From a virus (lineage: Duplodnaviria > Caudoviricetes), in IMG/VR virus record IMGVR_UViG_3300001765_000049, positions 1 to 52,568 of that record: a DNA stretch of 52,568 nucleotides; one strand, written 5' to 3'. The number at the start of each line of letters is the position of its first letter. Positions within the stretch are counted from its first letter, which is position 1. The notes beneath the pieces were generated by a model, which was given only the letters and a program-made list of their open reading frames with translations, had not been told where the DNA came from and did not search any database. Position numbers and translations under genes: made by a program. Shown piece by piece: positions 38,464 to 47,354 of the stretch.

Positions 38464-39465
38464 ATGGGAACAAAATATGCGTCAAAAGAATTACAAAATG
38501 AAATTGTTTCTTTATACGAAACAAAATCGGAAAATGATATTGCTATCATGTATGATAGAACACAATCGGGAGTTAATTTAATATTAAGAAGAAATGGAAT
38601 TATTAAGTTAAAGAAAAGTAGATTGAATATGAGCCGCCTTGCGCTTAATGTTGATTATTTTAAAAAGATTGACTCCAATGATAAAGCATATTGGTTGGGT
38701 TTTATTTGTGCAGATGGTTGTATTAATAAAAGTAATAATAAGGTATCTTTAATTTCAAAAGATTTGGATGTTATTATTGGATTTAAAGAAGCTATTGGTG
38801 CTGAACACGCTATTAGTAAAAGGGTGCATTTTGATAAACGAACAAATAAAACGTATACTGCATATAGCATTCAAATTGGAAATGAAATATTCACGTCACA
38901 TTTAATTAATTTAGGTGTCACTTCGGATAAAACAAATGTATTGGAATTTCCAAAAATTGATGAAAAATATTATTCGTATTTTATTGCAGGTTTATTTGAT
39001 GGAGATGGGTCGGTTTCGTGGAAAGGGAAATATAAAAATCGTTTAACAATTAACCTAATATCAACACAAGAAATTCTAAAATTCATTTCAGAATACATTG
39101 AAGTAAATTTAAATATAACTCCAAAATATTGTTGTAGCGTCACCAAGAACAAACCAAATGTTTGGAAAATGCATTTATATTCTGATGCACATAGATTTTT
39201 AGAATTTATATATTCTGACAATAATTTCAAATATTATTTGAAGCGAAAATATGATATGTTTTTAAATAACACCATTAATCGAGAAAATGTTCGACATTTT
39301 AGAAAAGTGCTTCAATATGATATTAACATGAATTTGATTAAAACTTGGAATAGCAAAAAAGAAATTAGTGATACATTATTGTGTTCAGAATCAAACTTAA
39401 ATAAATACTTAAAAAATGGTAGTAAAAGAGGAACATTTAGAAATCACATCTGGAAATATGAATAA
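38464..39465 (+). mobile_element. Free-standing LAGLIDADG homing endonuclease with a C-terminal NUMOD1-like domain
   Basis: Two motifs, YWLGFICADG and FIAGLFDGDG; C-terminal KVLQYDINMNLIKTWNS; has its own GTATTTAT motif at 38442. Confidence 0.85.
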
Positions 39466-40042
39466 TAACAATACTTTTAATAATTGCCTGTTTTTGGATT
39501 GTGACGGTGTACTCAATTATGGGTTGTTTTACGAAGAAAGATATAAGCAACTAACTAAGTATAACGACATTCCATTCTACAAGACGGTAAAGAAGTACTT
39601 ACGTAAACTACTTAAGTCTAAAGAACTTTCAAGACTTGATTACTATAAGAGTCAAATGTGTCCAATGCGTATGCAATTACTCAATGAATTCTGTGCCGAA
39701 ACCAATAGCGCAGTGGTGCTCAGTGCAAGTATGCGTAGTGGTTGGACTGTTGAAGACCTTCAGAAAATATTTAATTATTGTGGTGCGACATTTACTATAA
39801 TAGGAAAGACTGGTCACAGTGAGGAAAGAATTAGAGGCGTTGAAATTTATAGTTGGTTAAAAGATAACTGCAAGACATGGTTTGGTGTTGATTATTATGA
39901 TTTCAGTCGGTACATTATATTTGATGATGATGGCGATTTTTTAATTTGGCAACAATCTAATTTTTTCCAATGTGACAATTATGTTGGTCTTACTCCAACA
40001 ATAACATATAGAGCTAAACGATATTTAAATAGTTTAAGATAG
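39458..40042 (+). CDS. HAD-superfamily phosphatase (Swiss-Army-Knife RNA-repair-like), second paralog
   Basis: FLDCDGVL, VVLSASMR, RGVEI and YIIFDDDGD. ATG 39458 overlaps the endonuclease stop. Confidence 0.85.
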   Translation: MNNNNTFNNCLFLDCDGVLNYGLFYEERYKQLTKYNDIPFYKTVKKYLRKLLKSKELSRLDYYKSQMCPMRMQLLNEFCAETNSAVVLSASMRSGWTVEDLQKIFNYCGATFTIIGKTGHSEERIRGVEIYSWLKDNCKTWFGVDYYDFSRYIIFDDDGDFLIWQQSNFFQCDNYVGLTPTITYRAKRYLNSLR

Positions 40043-40148
40043 GTTGTCGATGATTAATTTACAAAAAAATAATCTATTATGGACAAAGGTTTGAAATTTA
40101 AATTTTTAGTCTTTAATAATAATGGTAATAAATGTTAACATTTTAGTT

Positions 40149-40382
40149 ATGAAAGATAAATATCACTATCTAATAATAGGCGTATTAATTATTTTTCTTA
40201 TTTTTATTGTTTTCTTAGCTAGGAAAGGCAATAAACTAGCTGCAGCTGAACGTGAAAGGCAAATATTAGAATGTGATTCTAGTCGCATTAAAGGATATAA
40301 TCAGGGAATGATTGACGGCTACAAAGAAGGTTTCTGCGATGGCTTATATCTATATAGTGAACCCGATACAACAAATAAATAA
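40149..40382 (+). CDS. Small single-TM protein with GY-x-x-G repeats
   Basis: TM helix followed by GYNQGMIDGYKEGFCDG. Confidence 0.55.
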   Translation: MKDKYHYLIIGVLIIFLIFIVFLARKGNKLAAAERERQILECDSSRIKGYNQGMIDGYKEGFCDGLYLYSEPDTTNK

Positions 40383-40391
40383 TAATAATAT

Positions 40392-41276
40392 ATGACAGAC
40401 GTTGAATTGATTGGTAAAATCTTAGTATCAAAAAAACCTTCAGATATTTTTCCGGATGATTGGAAAAAAACATATTTACAATACAGTAAATTGATTCATC
40501 CCGATGCTTGTAGTCAAGCAAAGGCTTCGGAAGCAATGGCAAAATTGAATTATTACAAAGATATCGTTGAAAATGGTATTGGATATGTTGATGAAACCGG
40601 ACCATTCCGGGTTTTTGAAAAGAAAATAGTGTATACTGTTAACGATACCAATCGTAAACTAATCACAAAGTCCGTTAATAACTACAAAATATTAATGTCA
40701 AAGTCTGACAAAGCGTCAGTAGTATTTCATCGTTATCTGCCAGAAAGCATGAAGCTGGAAAATGACCGACTTATAATTTATTTGAAAGACCGTGCAGTTC
40801 CACTCACAAATCAGAAATTGTCACAAAATCACGTTAACTGGCTGTTCAGTAGGATGTTCGAGTTTACCTTGTGGCTTAGAAACATTGGGTATTCTCACTT
40901 GGGATTAAACCCCACAACAGTCTTTGTAGTGCCTGAAACTCACGGTATTATACTGATTTCGTTCTATCATATGACTCCATTGGATAAGAAAGCCGAAACC
41001 ATTAGTGCTAAATATAAAATGTGGTATCCAACTACATTATTTACAAAAAAAATCGCCACGCAAGATATTGATTTGGAATTATGTAAGAAGATTGCACTAT
41101 ATTTGTTAGGTGATAGGTCAGGAGCAGGTACTAAGTTGAAGGTTAATAAAGATGTGAACCAGGAAATGCTAACATTTCTTTTGACTAAGCATCAAAATGA
41201 AGTTGAGGAATACGCTCAGTACAGAGAATTATTAAAAAAGAACTTTGAGAAAAAATTTTATCCGCTAAATTTGTAA
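40392..41276 (+). CDS. J-domain-like (HPD) protein fused to a degenerate kinase-like domain
   Basis: KTYLQYSKLIHPD...EAMAKLN; catalytic-loop-like YSHLGLNPTTVFV lacks the Asp. Confidence 0.65.
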   Translation: MTDVELIGKILVSKKPSDIFPDDWKKTYLQYSKLIHPDACSQAKASEAMAKLNYYKDIVENGIGYVDETGPFRVFEKKIVYTVNDTNRKLITKSVNNYKILMSKSDKASVVFHRYLPESMKLENDRLIIYLKDRAVPLTNQKLSQNHVNWLFSRMFEFTLWLRNIGYSHLGLNPTTVFVVPETHGIILISFYHMTPLDKKAETISAKYKMWYPTTLFTKKIATQDIDLELCKKIALYLLGDRSGAGTKLKVNKDVNQEMLTFLLTKHQNEVEEYAQYRELLKKNFEKKFYPLNL

Positions 41277-41301
41277 CATTATAGAAATAAATTGCGTATA
41301 A
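41272..41301 (+). promoter_or_regulatory. ECF-type promoter TGTAAC-N17-CGTATAA
   Basis: Upstream of 41347. Confidence 0.7.
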
Positions 41302-41346
41302 TTGCATTCTGAATATAATTAGTATTAACAATTAAATTTTAAAATT

Positions 41347-41550
41347 ATGGGAAAAGACACCTTTTCAAAGCCACAGACGTTCGAAGAAATGGTTGAGGCA
41401 CAGGAAACTCAGGAAGCTGCTGTTTCTACACCTGAAGTAACACAGGAAGTTGTTGCAGATACAGAACCCACTCAAGAGGGTGATAAACCATGTGATTGCA
41501 GTGAGCCTTGTGCTGACAATTGCGATTGCACAACTCCAAAAGCCGAATAA
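41347..41550 (+). CDS. Small acidic peptide with a C-terminal five-Cys cluster
   Basis: 67 aa, E/T/A-rich, ending PCDCSEPCADNCDCTTPKAE. Confidence 0.65.
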   Translation: MGKDTFSKPQTFEEMVEAQETQEAAVSTPEVTQEVVADTEPTQEGDKPCDCSEPCADNCDCTTPKAE

Positions 41551-41552
41551 TC

Positions 41553-42473
41553 ATGGGATACAGTGGTTGGTCTGATGATGCATATACCAATCTTACTTCA
41601 AGTAAGAAATATGCCAGTAAAAGTGCTGATGAAATCTTTGCGAAGACTATCAACAGCGATATGGACCCAATTAACCTTGGAATTAGAGAATCACGTGACA
41701 GTGATGCTCACCCAACATCGTTAGCTGTAATGGTTTTTCTTGATGTAACAGGTAGTATGGGTAGAATTCCCCATACAATCGCACAGGAGAAACTCGGTGC
41801 ATTGATGAACACCATCATTAATAATGGTGTCGAACATCCTCAAATCCTTTTCGGAGCAATCGGTGACCATCGCACCGATAAATTTCCACTCCAAATTGGT
41901 CAATTCGAAGCAGGTACTGATGAACTTGACAAATGGCTAACTAGCGTTCATATTGAAGGTAATGGTGGTGGGCAACGTAAAGAAAGTTATCTTCTTGCAT
42001 GGCTTGCCGCAGGTCGCCACACTAGTATCGATTGTTTTGAGAAACGTAATGAAAAAGGTTTCCTTTTTACAATTGGTGACGAAGCAAGTTGGGATAGTCT
42101 TGATGTCAAAACACTGAAAGAACTACTTGGTTATGCAGAGGCACAGCTAGTTACCGACCAACAGATTTTGGACGAAGCACAGAGACTTTATAATGTATAC
42201 CATATACATATCAATGAGGGTAGTTACCGTGACGATGACGAAATTTTGGGTTATTGGAAAAGAATGCTCGGAGAAAGACTCATTGTGTTGAATGACTACA
42301 ATGCGGTTTGTGAAACCATTGCAACCCTTATTGCGGTACAGCATGGTGTTGACATGGCATCCGTTGTAAGCAAATTCAGTGCATCAATCGCAGGAGCAGT
42401 CTCAACAGCACTCGCAGTAGTTGGTGCAACAGCACTCGCTAATACACCTGACGAAGGAACGTTAAAACTTTAA
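41553..42473 (+). CDS. von Willebrand factor A (vWA) domain protein
   Basis: MIDAS motif LDVTGSM, AIGD, GGGQRKESY and FTIGDE. The likely start is MGYSGWS at 41553. Confidence 0.8.
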   Translation: MGYSGWSDDAYTNLTSSKKYASKSADEIFAKTINSDMDPINLGIRESRDSDAHPTSLAVMVFLDVTGSMGRIPHTIAQEKLGALMNTIINNGVEHPQILFGAIGDHRTDKFPLQIGQFEAGTDELDKWLTSVHIEGNGGGQRKESYLLAWLAAGRHTSIDCFEKRNEKGFLFTIGDEASWDSLDVKTLKELLGYAEAQLVTDQQILDEAQRLYNVYHIHINEGSYRDDDEILGYWKRMLGERLIVLNDYNAVCETIATLIAVQHGVDMASVVSKFSASIAGAVSTALAVVGATALANTPDEGTLKL

Positions 42474-42491
42474 TAGAGACATATTTGAGAC

Positions 42492-42526
42492 AAAAGGGAC
42501 ATGTTGAAAAATATGTCCCTTTTTTT
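42492..42526 (+). terminator. Rho-independent terminator
   Basis: AAAAGGGACATGTT-gaa-AAATATGTCCCTTTTTTT; the T tract runs into the next promoter. Confidence 0.75.
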
Positions 42527-42554
42527 GTAACATTAATTTTAATTATCCGTATAA
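42526..42554 (+). promoter_or_regulatory. ECF-type promoter TGTAAC-N16-CGTATAA
   Basis: Upstream of 42574. Confidence 0.7.
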
Positions 42555-42573
42555 TCGGGAAAAATATTAACAT

Positions 42574-43722
42574 ATGGCAAAGATAAAAATAATTCTCGGA
42601 CTTGGCTTCGGGGATGAAGGTAAGGGTTCAACTGTTAATTCGTTATGTGGCAATGTTGATGACACCTTAGTTATAAGATTCAACGGGGGGCATCAAGTTG
42701 GACATACTGTTGTCCATAATAATATCCACCACGCATTTTCAAATTATGGTTCAGGTACACTTAGAGGTGTTGCAACCTATTGGAGTGAATACTGTACTGT
42801 AAATCCAGTTGCGGTAATTCGTGAGGGCGAAGCACTTAAGAAATTTGGTATAGACCCCATTGTTTATTACAATGCAAACGCAATGGTGACTACACCTTTC
42901 GACATTTCGCACAATAGAAGTTCTGAAATACAAATTAATCACGGTAGTGTGGGTGTGGGTTTCGGTGCAACCATTCAAAGAAATGAAGACCACTATCACC
43001 TATATGTAAGGGACTTACAATTTCCAAAAATCAGGGATGAAAAACTCCGGTTATTAATGAATAATTATTATAATTATAATTTTGAACCCGAAGAACCACA
43101 TCAAAATGCCTATACGAGATTATTATATGATGAATTCATAAAATCTTGCGATTTATTTGTCAAAACCCACGAAATTGTTAATGACCTTGAAGGTACTGGA
43201 GCACTTAGTGCTGATAAAGATTTGATTTTCGAAGGTGGACAGGGCATTTTACTTGACCAAGACTATGGGTTCTTTCCACATGTTACAAGAAGTAATACCA
43301 CTTCAAAAAATGCATTGAAAATCATACGTAATAATGGTTTGGAAACCGATGACATCAAAACATATTATGTTAGTCGTGCATATCAAACCCGTCATGGGAA
43401 TGGCTACATGAGTAATGTGGGTATGGATACTTCATACATCAAAGAAAACCCCAAAGAAACCAATGTTATGGGTTTTCAAGGTGAGTTCCGGAAAACCGTA
43501 CTTGATTTGGATTTAATGAGTTATGCATTATCTTGCGATAATCATCATAATAAATTATCTACTAAATACCTAGTACTTACTTGTTGCGACCAAATTCCGG
43601 AACAAGTTCCAATTACAATGAGCAGTAATTTGCATTTAATGTCACCAAAAGAAATTGCAGAACGATTAGGTTTACGAATAATTAGTAGTAAATCTGAAAA
43701 GGGATTTTTATATTGTTTTTAA
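42574..43722 (+). CDS. purA: Divergent adenylosuccinate synthetase (PurA) family protein
   Basis: GFGDEGKG, RFNGGHQVGHT, FEGGQGILLD, FPHVTRSNT and YQTRHGNG; lacks the canonical GxTTGRxR loop. Confidence 0.8.
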   Translation: MAKIKIILGLGFGDEGKGSTVNSLCGNVDDTLVIRFNGGHQVGHTVVHNNIHHAFSNYGSGTLRGVATYWSEYCTVNPVAVIREGEALKKFGIDPIVYYNANAMVTTPFDISHNRSSEIQINHGSVGVGFGATIQRNEDHYHLYVRDLQFPKIRDEKLRLLMNNYYNYNFEPEEPHQNAYTRLLYDEFIKSCDLFVKTHEIVNDLEGTGALSADKDLIFEGGQGILLDQDYGFFPHVTRSNTTSKNALKIIRNNGLETDDIKTYYVSRAYQTRHGNGYMSNVGMDTSYIKENPKETNVMGFQGEFRKTVLDLDLMSYALSCDNHHNKLSTKYLVLTCCDQIPEQVPITMSSNLHLMSPKEIAERLGLRIISSKSEKGFLYCF

Positions 43723-43735
43723 TTAAATTTATTAA

Positions 43736-43743
43736 TATATTTG
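43736..43743 (+). promoter_or_regulatory. Bacteroidota -7 element TATATTTG
   Basis: Upstream of 43760. Confidence 0.5.
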
Positions 43744-43759
43744 TTAAAAATTTATTCTT

Positions 43760-44077
43760 ATGTCAACTTTATTCGATGATGACTACAAAGACCATGCACG
43801 TACATATGGCACTCCAGATAGTCGAATGTTAAAAGAAGTTATTGATGCTGGTTTCAAACCCATTGCAATCACTGTAATGATATGTGAAGAAACATTTGTT
43901 TTTAGAAGTGATAAGGAAGCTAATGATGCTTGGGAAGTCTTTAAAAACGAAGGTTGGTGGTATGGTTTATCTGCATTTGATGAAAGTCGTGAGCAATATG
44001 TTAAAGAATTGTATGGTGGTGATGAAGATAGTGCACCACTTGTATATTGGCTGGATAAAAACTTTGAACCTAAATAA
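43760..44077 (+). CDS. Hypothetical protein
   Basis: 105-aa acidic ORF. Confidence 0.6.
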   Translation: MSTLFDDDYKDHARTYGTPDSRMLKEVIDAGFKPIAITVMICEETFVFRSDKEANDAWEVFKNEGWWYGLSAFDESREQYVKELYGGDEDSAPLVYWLDKNFEPK

Positions 44078-44329
44078 ATGGAAAATTTAAATAAACCAAA
44101 GTATGGTATTTTAGATAATGGATTATTCGGTGTTCGAATAATATCAGGTATTGTAACAGGTATTAGGTATACAGAAGATAAACCCGTATATGAAATATCA
44201 TTTGGTAAAGATAAGTGGTGGACAACTGAAATTACTGATAATTTGGAAGATGTTTTCAACGCATTAAAAATAACATCATTAGATAGAGTCGCTAAGACTC
44301 ATGGTTTATCAATTAAATTTGGAAAATAA
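44078..44329 (+). CDS. Hypothetical protein
   Basis: 83 aa, translationally coupled to neighbours. Confidence 0.6.
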   Translation: MENLNKPKYGILDNGLFGVRIISGIVTGIRYTEDKPVYEISFGKDKWWTTEITDNLEDVFNALKITSLDRVAKTHGLSIKFGK

Positions 44330-45132
44330 TGAAATTCCTAATACAAAAAATCAACGGTGAAATCAGACATGATTTTGCATTTACCTTGCTTGAATCAATC
44401 AGATTTAAGAAGTGGTTAAGTCCAGAGGATAAAATCGTGGTTAAATTCGCAAATACCTATGAGATAACCGACCCCGATATGATTTATCCTAATCCTTTCA
44501 AAGATTATCATAAAGACTATGTGCCTGTGGGTAGTGTGGATTTTGTTACCGACTTTCTAATGTATTTCTATGGCATAACTCCGAAACCCATTAATGTTCC
44601 TTCACTATTATTTCCATATGCAAATAGAAAGATAATTAATACCTATACAGAATGCCCACCACCTTTTGGAAAAGTATTTGTTAAATCTAATGATAAAATT
44701 AAATCATTTACTGAAATAATTGGTGCGGACTATGACCTTAAACCCGGAAATTATCAAATTAGTGACCTAATTGATATTGAAAGCGAATGGCGTGCATTTG
44801 TTTATCAAGATAAACTCGTTGGGTTACAAAATTATAGTGGTGATTTCACAATGTTTCCGGACGTATCACAAATAAATCAAATGATTATAGCGTATAAAAA
44901 TGCACCTGTTGCATATACTTTAGACGTTGGAGTTTTTGACGAAAAGACGTTTGTAATTGAGGTTCACAATTTTTTTAGTTGCGGACTATATGGTTTTGCT
45001 AACCATGCAATATATCCGCACATGCTTTATAAGTGGTTTAAAGAATACCTGAAATTAATGGGTAAAGAATTCTGGGAAAACTATAAGCATGAATCTTTAC
45101 CAAACATAAAAGAATATTTGAAAAAAGGTTAA
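44329..45132 (+). CDS. ATP-grasp domain protein (DUF4343/R2K-like)
   Basis: PVGSVDF, VFVKS, SEWRAFV, YTLDVG and VIEVHNFFSCGLYG. Confidence 0.8.
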   Translation: MKFLIQKINGEIRHDFAFTLLESIRFKKWLSPEDKIVVKFANTYEITDPDMIYPNPFKDYHKDYVPVGSVDFVTDFLMYFYGITPKPINVPSLLFPYANRKIINTYTECPPPFGKVFVKSNDKIKSFTEIIGADYDLKPGNYQISDLIDIESEWRAFVYQDKLVGLQNYSGDFTMFPDVSQINQMIIAYKNAPVAYTLDVGVFDEKTFVIEVHNFFSCGLYGFANHAIYPHMLYKWFKEYLKLMGKEFWENYKHESLPNIKEYLKKG

Positions 45133-45294
45133 ATGCATAATATGAAAATCGTTAAGATAAAAATAACTTGGAGTAGTTTTCCAAATGATATTATTGAAGA
45201 TGTTGATATAAGAGTACCTTTAGGCTTATCCGAAAACGATGAGAACCAATATATTCAAAGGGAAATTGAAGATAAATATGAATTTATGTATTAA
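45133..45294 (+). CDS. Small hypothetical protein (53 aa, below the track cutoff)
   Basis: ATG directly follows the upstream TAA; MHNMKIVKIKITW...EFMY. Confidence 0.5.
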   Translation: MHNMKIVKIKITWSSFPNDIIEDVDIRVPLGLSENDENQYIQREIEDKYEFMY

Positions 45295-45297
45295 TTT

Positions 45298-45327
45298 TGT
45301 AACATTATTAGAATTGAATACGTATAA
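45298..45327 (+). promoter_or_regulatory. ECF-type promoter TGTAAC-N17-CGTATAA
   Basis: Upstream of 45345. Confidence 0.7.
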
Positions 45328-45344
45328 TCAACAAATATATAATT

Positions 45345-45719
45345 ATGGCAAGTATTGAAATTAATGGGGTAACATACCAAGGCAGTTCGATTACAATGAA
45401 AGGTAATCAAATTATCGTTAATGGTAAGAACGTCACTCCCGATGGAAAAGAAATAAACATTTTGGTTGAAGGTAACATTAATGAAGTCCAGATTGATAAT
45501 TGTAATAAATTATTGATTAACGGCAATGTGAATACTCTCAAATCCGGAAGTGGCGATGTTAATTGTAATACGGTCACCGGTAATATCCAAACCGGAAGTG
45601 GTGATGTTGAATGCAGTGATGTTGGTGGTAGCATTCAAACCGGAAGTGGTGATGTTAACGCAGGTAATATTATTGGTGGTGTTCGAACAGGTAGTGGAGA
45701 TATTAAATATAAAAAATAA
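45345..45719 (+). CDS. Small beta-solenoid repeat protein (DUF4097-like)
   Basis: Four [ST]GSGD[VI] repeats with a 16-aa period. Confidence 0.7.
   Translation: MASIEINGVTYQGSSITMKGNQIIVNGKNVTPDGKEINILVEGNINEVQIDNCNKLLINGNVNTLKSGSGDVNCNTVTGNIQTGSGDVECSDVGGSIQTGSGDVNAGNIIGGVRTGSGDIKYKK
45543..45704 (+). repeat. Coding tandem repeat, 48-nt period, 4 copies
   Basis: CCGGAAGTGG(C/T)GATGTT-like units starting at 45543, 45591, 45639 and 45687. Confidence 0.75.
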
Positions 45720-45724
45720 ATAAA

Positions 45725-45997
45725 ATGGCAACTGCAAAAGAAAAAGCAACCGAATTAATCGGTAAATTTAAAATAGCTACTTCCTATAGATATCAGGAAT
45801 ATGCGGGTGCTAATTCAACATTATTTGAACACGATATCGAGGAACTTAAAAATTGTGCATTAATTTCAGTTAGCGAAGTGATTGATGAACTCGAAGAACA
45901 AAAACAATATATTGATGATAACTTTTTGTTTGATTGGAATAATAAAGTTATTAAGTTTTGGGAAGACGTTAAAAACGAATTAAACAATATAAAATAA
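45725..45997 (+). CDS. Hypothetical protein
   Basis: MATAKEKATELI...CALISVSEVI...FWEDVKNEL, 90 aa. Confidence 0.65.
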   Translation: MATAKEKATELIGKFKIATSYRYQEYAGANSTLFEHDIEELKNCALISVSEVIDELEEQKQYIDDNFLFDWNNKVIKFWEDVKNELNNIK

Positions 45998-46002
45998 TAA
46001 CT

Positions 46003-47130
46003 ATGGACACTAAAATTTTTCCGGTTCTTTTCAAGAAAACCAGTACGGGTGCAATACAGGAATGGCAAGTTGGCGTTTATGATGTCGATGGAATTGCTAC
46101 CATTATAAATGATTACGGTCAGGTTGGTGGTAAAATTCAGCAAAGTAAGGAGCAGGTTCTTGAAGGTAAGAATATTGGTAAAGCAAATGAAACATCTGCA
46201 TTTGCACAAGCATTTGCACAAGCTAAAGGTCGTTGGGAAAAACAGTTAAAGAAAGGTTACGTGGAATCCATCGAAGATGCACAACAGGGTAAAACCGATG
46301 CTATCATTGAAGGTGGCGTATTCCCGATGCTTGCACACAAATTCAGTGAACAGGGACACAAGATTAAATATCCTGCACTGGCACAGCCAAAGTTGGATGG
46401 ACACCGTTGTACTTCACAAAATGAAAATGGTGAAACAACATTGTGGTCAAGAACCAGAAAACCAATTTTGAGTGTGCCACATATTGCAGAAGCACTTGGT
46501 AATCCTGTTATTCTTAACAGATTTGATGGCGAATTATATAACCACAAATACCACAATAATTTCGAAGAACTTAGTTCAAAAATTCGTCAGGAAAAACCAG
46601 TTGAAGGATATGAGGAAGTTCAATACCATGTATATGATTTTCCGAATCCTACGTTAACAAACATGGAACGTTATAAGACCTTGGAAGCAATGCGAGAGCA
46701 TTATGAAGGCACACCTATTCATATTGTTGAAACCATTGTGGTTAATAACGAAGATGAACTCATGGAAGCCTTTGAACACTTTCTTGCAGAAGGTTTTGAA
46801 GGTTGTATGGTAAGAAATGCTGATGGTAAATACGTTTATAAACGTTCGTATGACTTACAAAAAATCAAAGAGTTTGATGACAGTGAGTTTAAAATCGTTG
46901 GTGTAAAGGTTGGTACAAAAGGGAGTATGGCAGGTAAGGCAGTGTTTACTTGTGAGAATGGTGACACCACATTCGATGTTAAATTAAAAGGTAATATGGA
47001 TGAACTCACCAAGTATGCTAATGACCCATCATTGGTAATCGGTAAAATTCTTACAGTTAAATATCAGGGAATGACCAAATATGGTCAGCCAAGATTTCCG
47101 GTAGGTTTAAGATTCAGGGAGGATTTATAA
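46003..47130 (+). CDS. ATP-dependent DNA ligase with an N-terminal WGR-like extension
   Basis: Motif I QPKLDGHR, III FDGELY, IIIa YHVYD, IV EGCMVR, V QKIK; OB domain ending PRFPV. Confidence 0.9.
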   Translation: MDTKIFPVLFKKTSTGAIQEWQVGVYDVDGIATIINDYGQVGGKIQQSKEQVLEGKNIGKANETSAFAQAFAQAKGRWEKQLKKGYVESIEDAQQGKTDAIIEGGVFPMLAHKFSEQGHKIKYPALAQPKLDGHRCTSQNENGETTLWSRTRKPILSVPHIAEALGNPVILNRFDGELYNHKYHNNFEELSSKIRQEKPVEGYEEVQYHVYDFPNPTLTNMERYKTLEAMREHYEGTPIHIVETIVVNNEDELMEAFEHFLAEGFEGCMVRNADGKYVYKRSYDLQKIKEFDDSEFKIVGVKVGTKGSMAGKAVFTCENGDTTFDVKLKGNMDELTKYANDPSLVIGKILTVKYQGMTKYGQPRFPVGLRFREDL

Positions 47131-47131
47131 T

Positions 47132-47329
47132 ATGGAAGACAATACGGTTAGAAAACTAAAAACTAGAATTGATGCATTAGAACTAATGCAAGTAAATTCT
47201 AATTACGAGAATTGGATGCAACTTCAACAAACAGTTGAAACTCTTAAGGTCCAACTTAAAAACCATTTGATATGGTTAAATAATAATTCCAAGCCACGTA
47301 AATTGGTTAATGATAATTATTCAAAATAA
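47132..47329 (+). CDS. Small hypothetical protein
   Basis: 65-aa helical ORF. Confidence 0.5.
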   Translation: MEDNTVRKLKTRIDALELMQVNSNYENWMQLQQTVETLKVQLKNHLIWLNNNSKPRKLVNDNYSK

Positions 47330-47354
47330 ATTAATATTAAAAGAAGGAGTTGAA

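Noticed and set aside
42574-43722. PurZ / 2-aminoadenine (Z-genome) pathway
   Set aside because: The catalytic motif is GDEGKG (Asp), not the Ser of PurZ. The HD protein at 36641 has a SpoT-like rather than DatZ-like pattern, and I see no MazZ.
45543-45704. CRISPR-like regularly spaced repeats
   Set aside because: The repeats are in frame, degenerate at codon third positions and encode the GSGD beta-solenoid; no cas genes are present.
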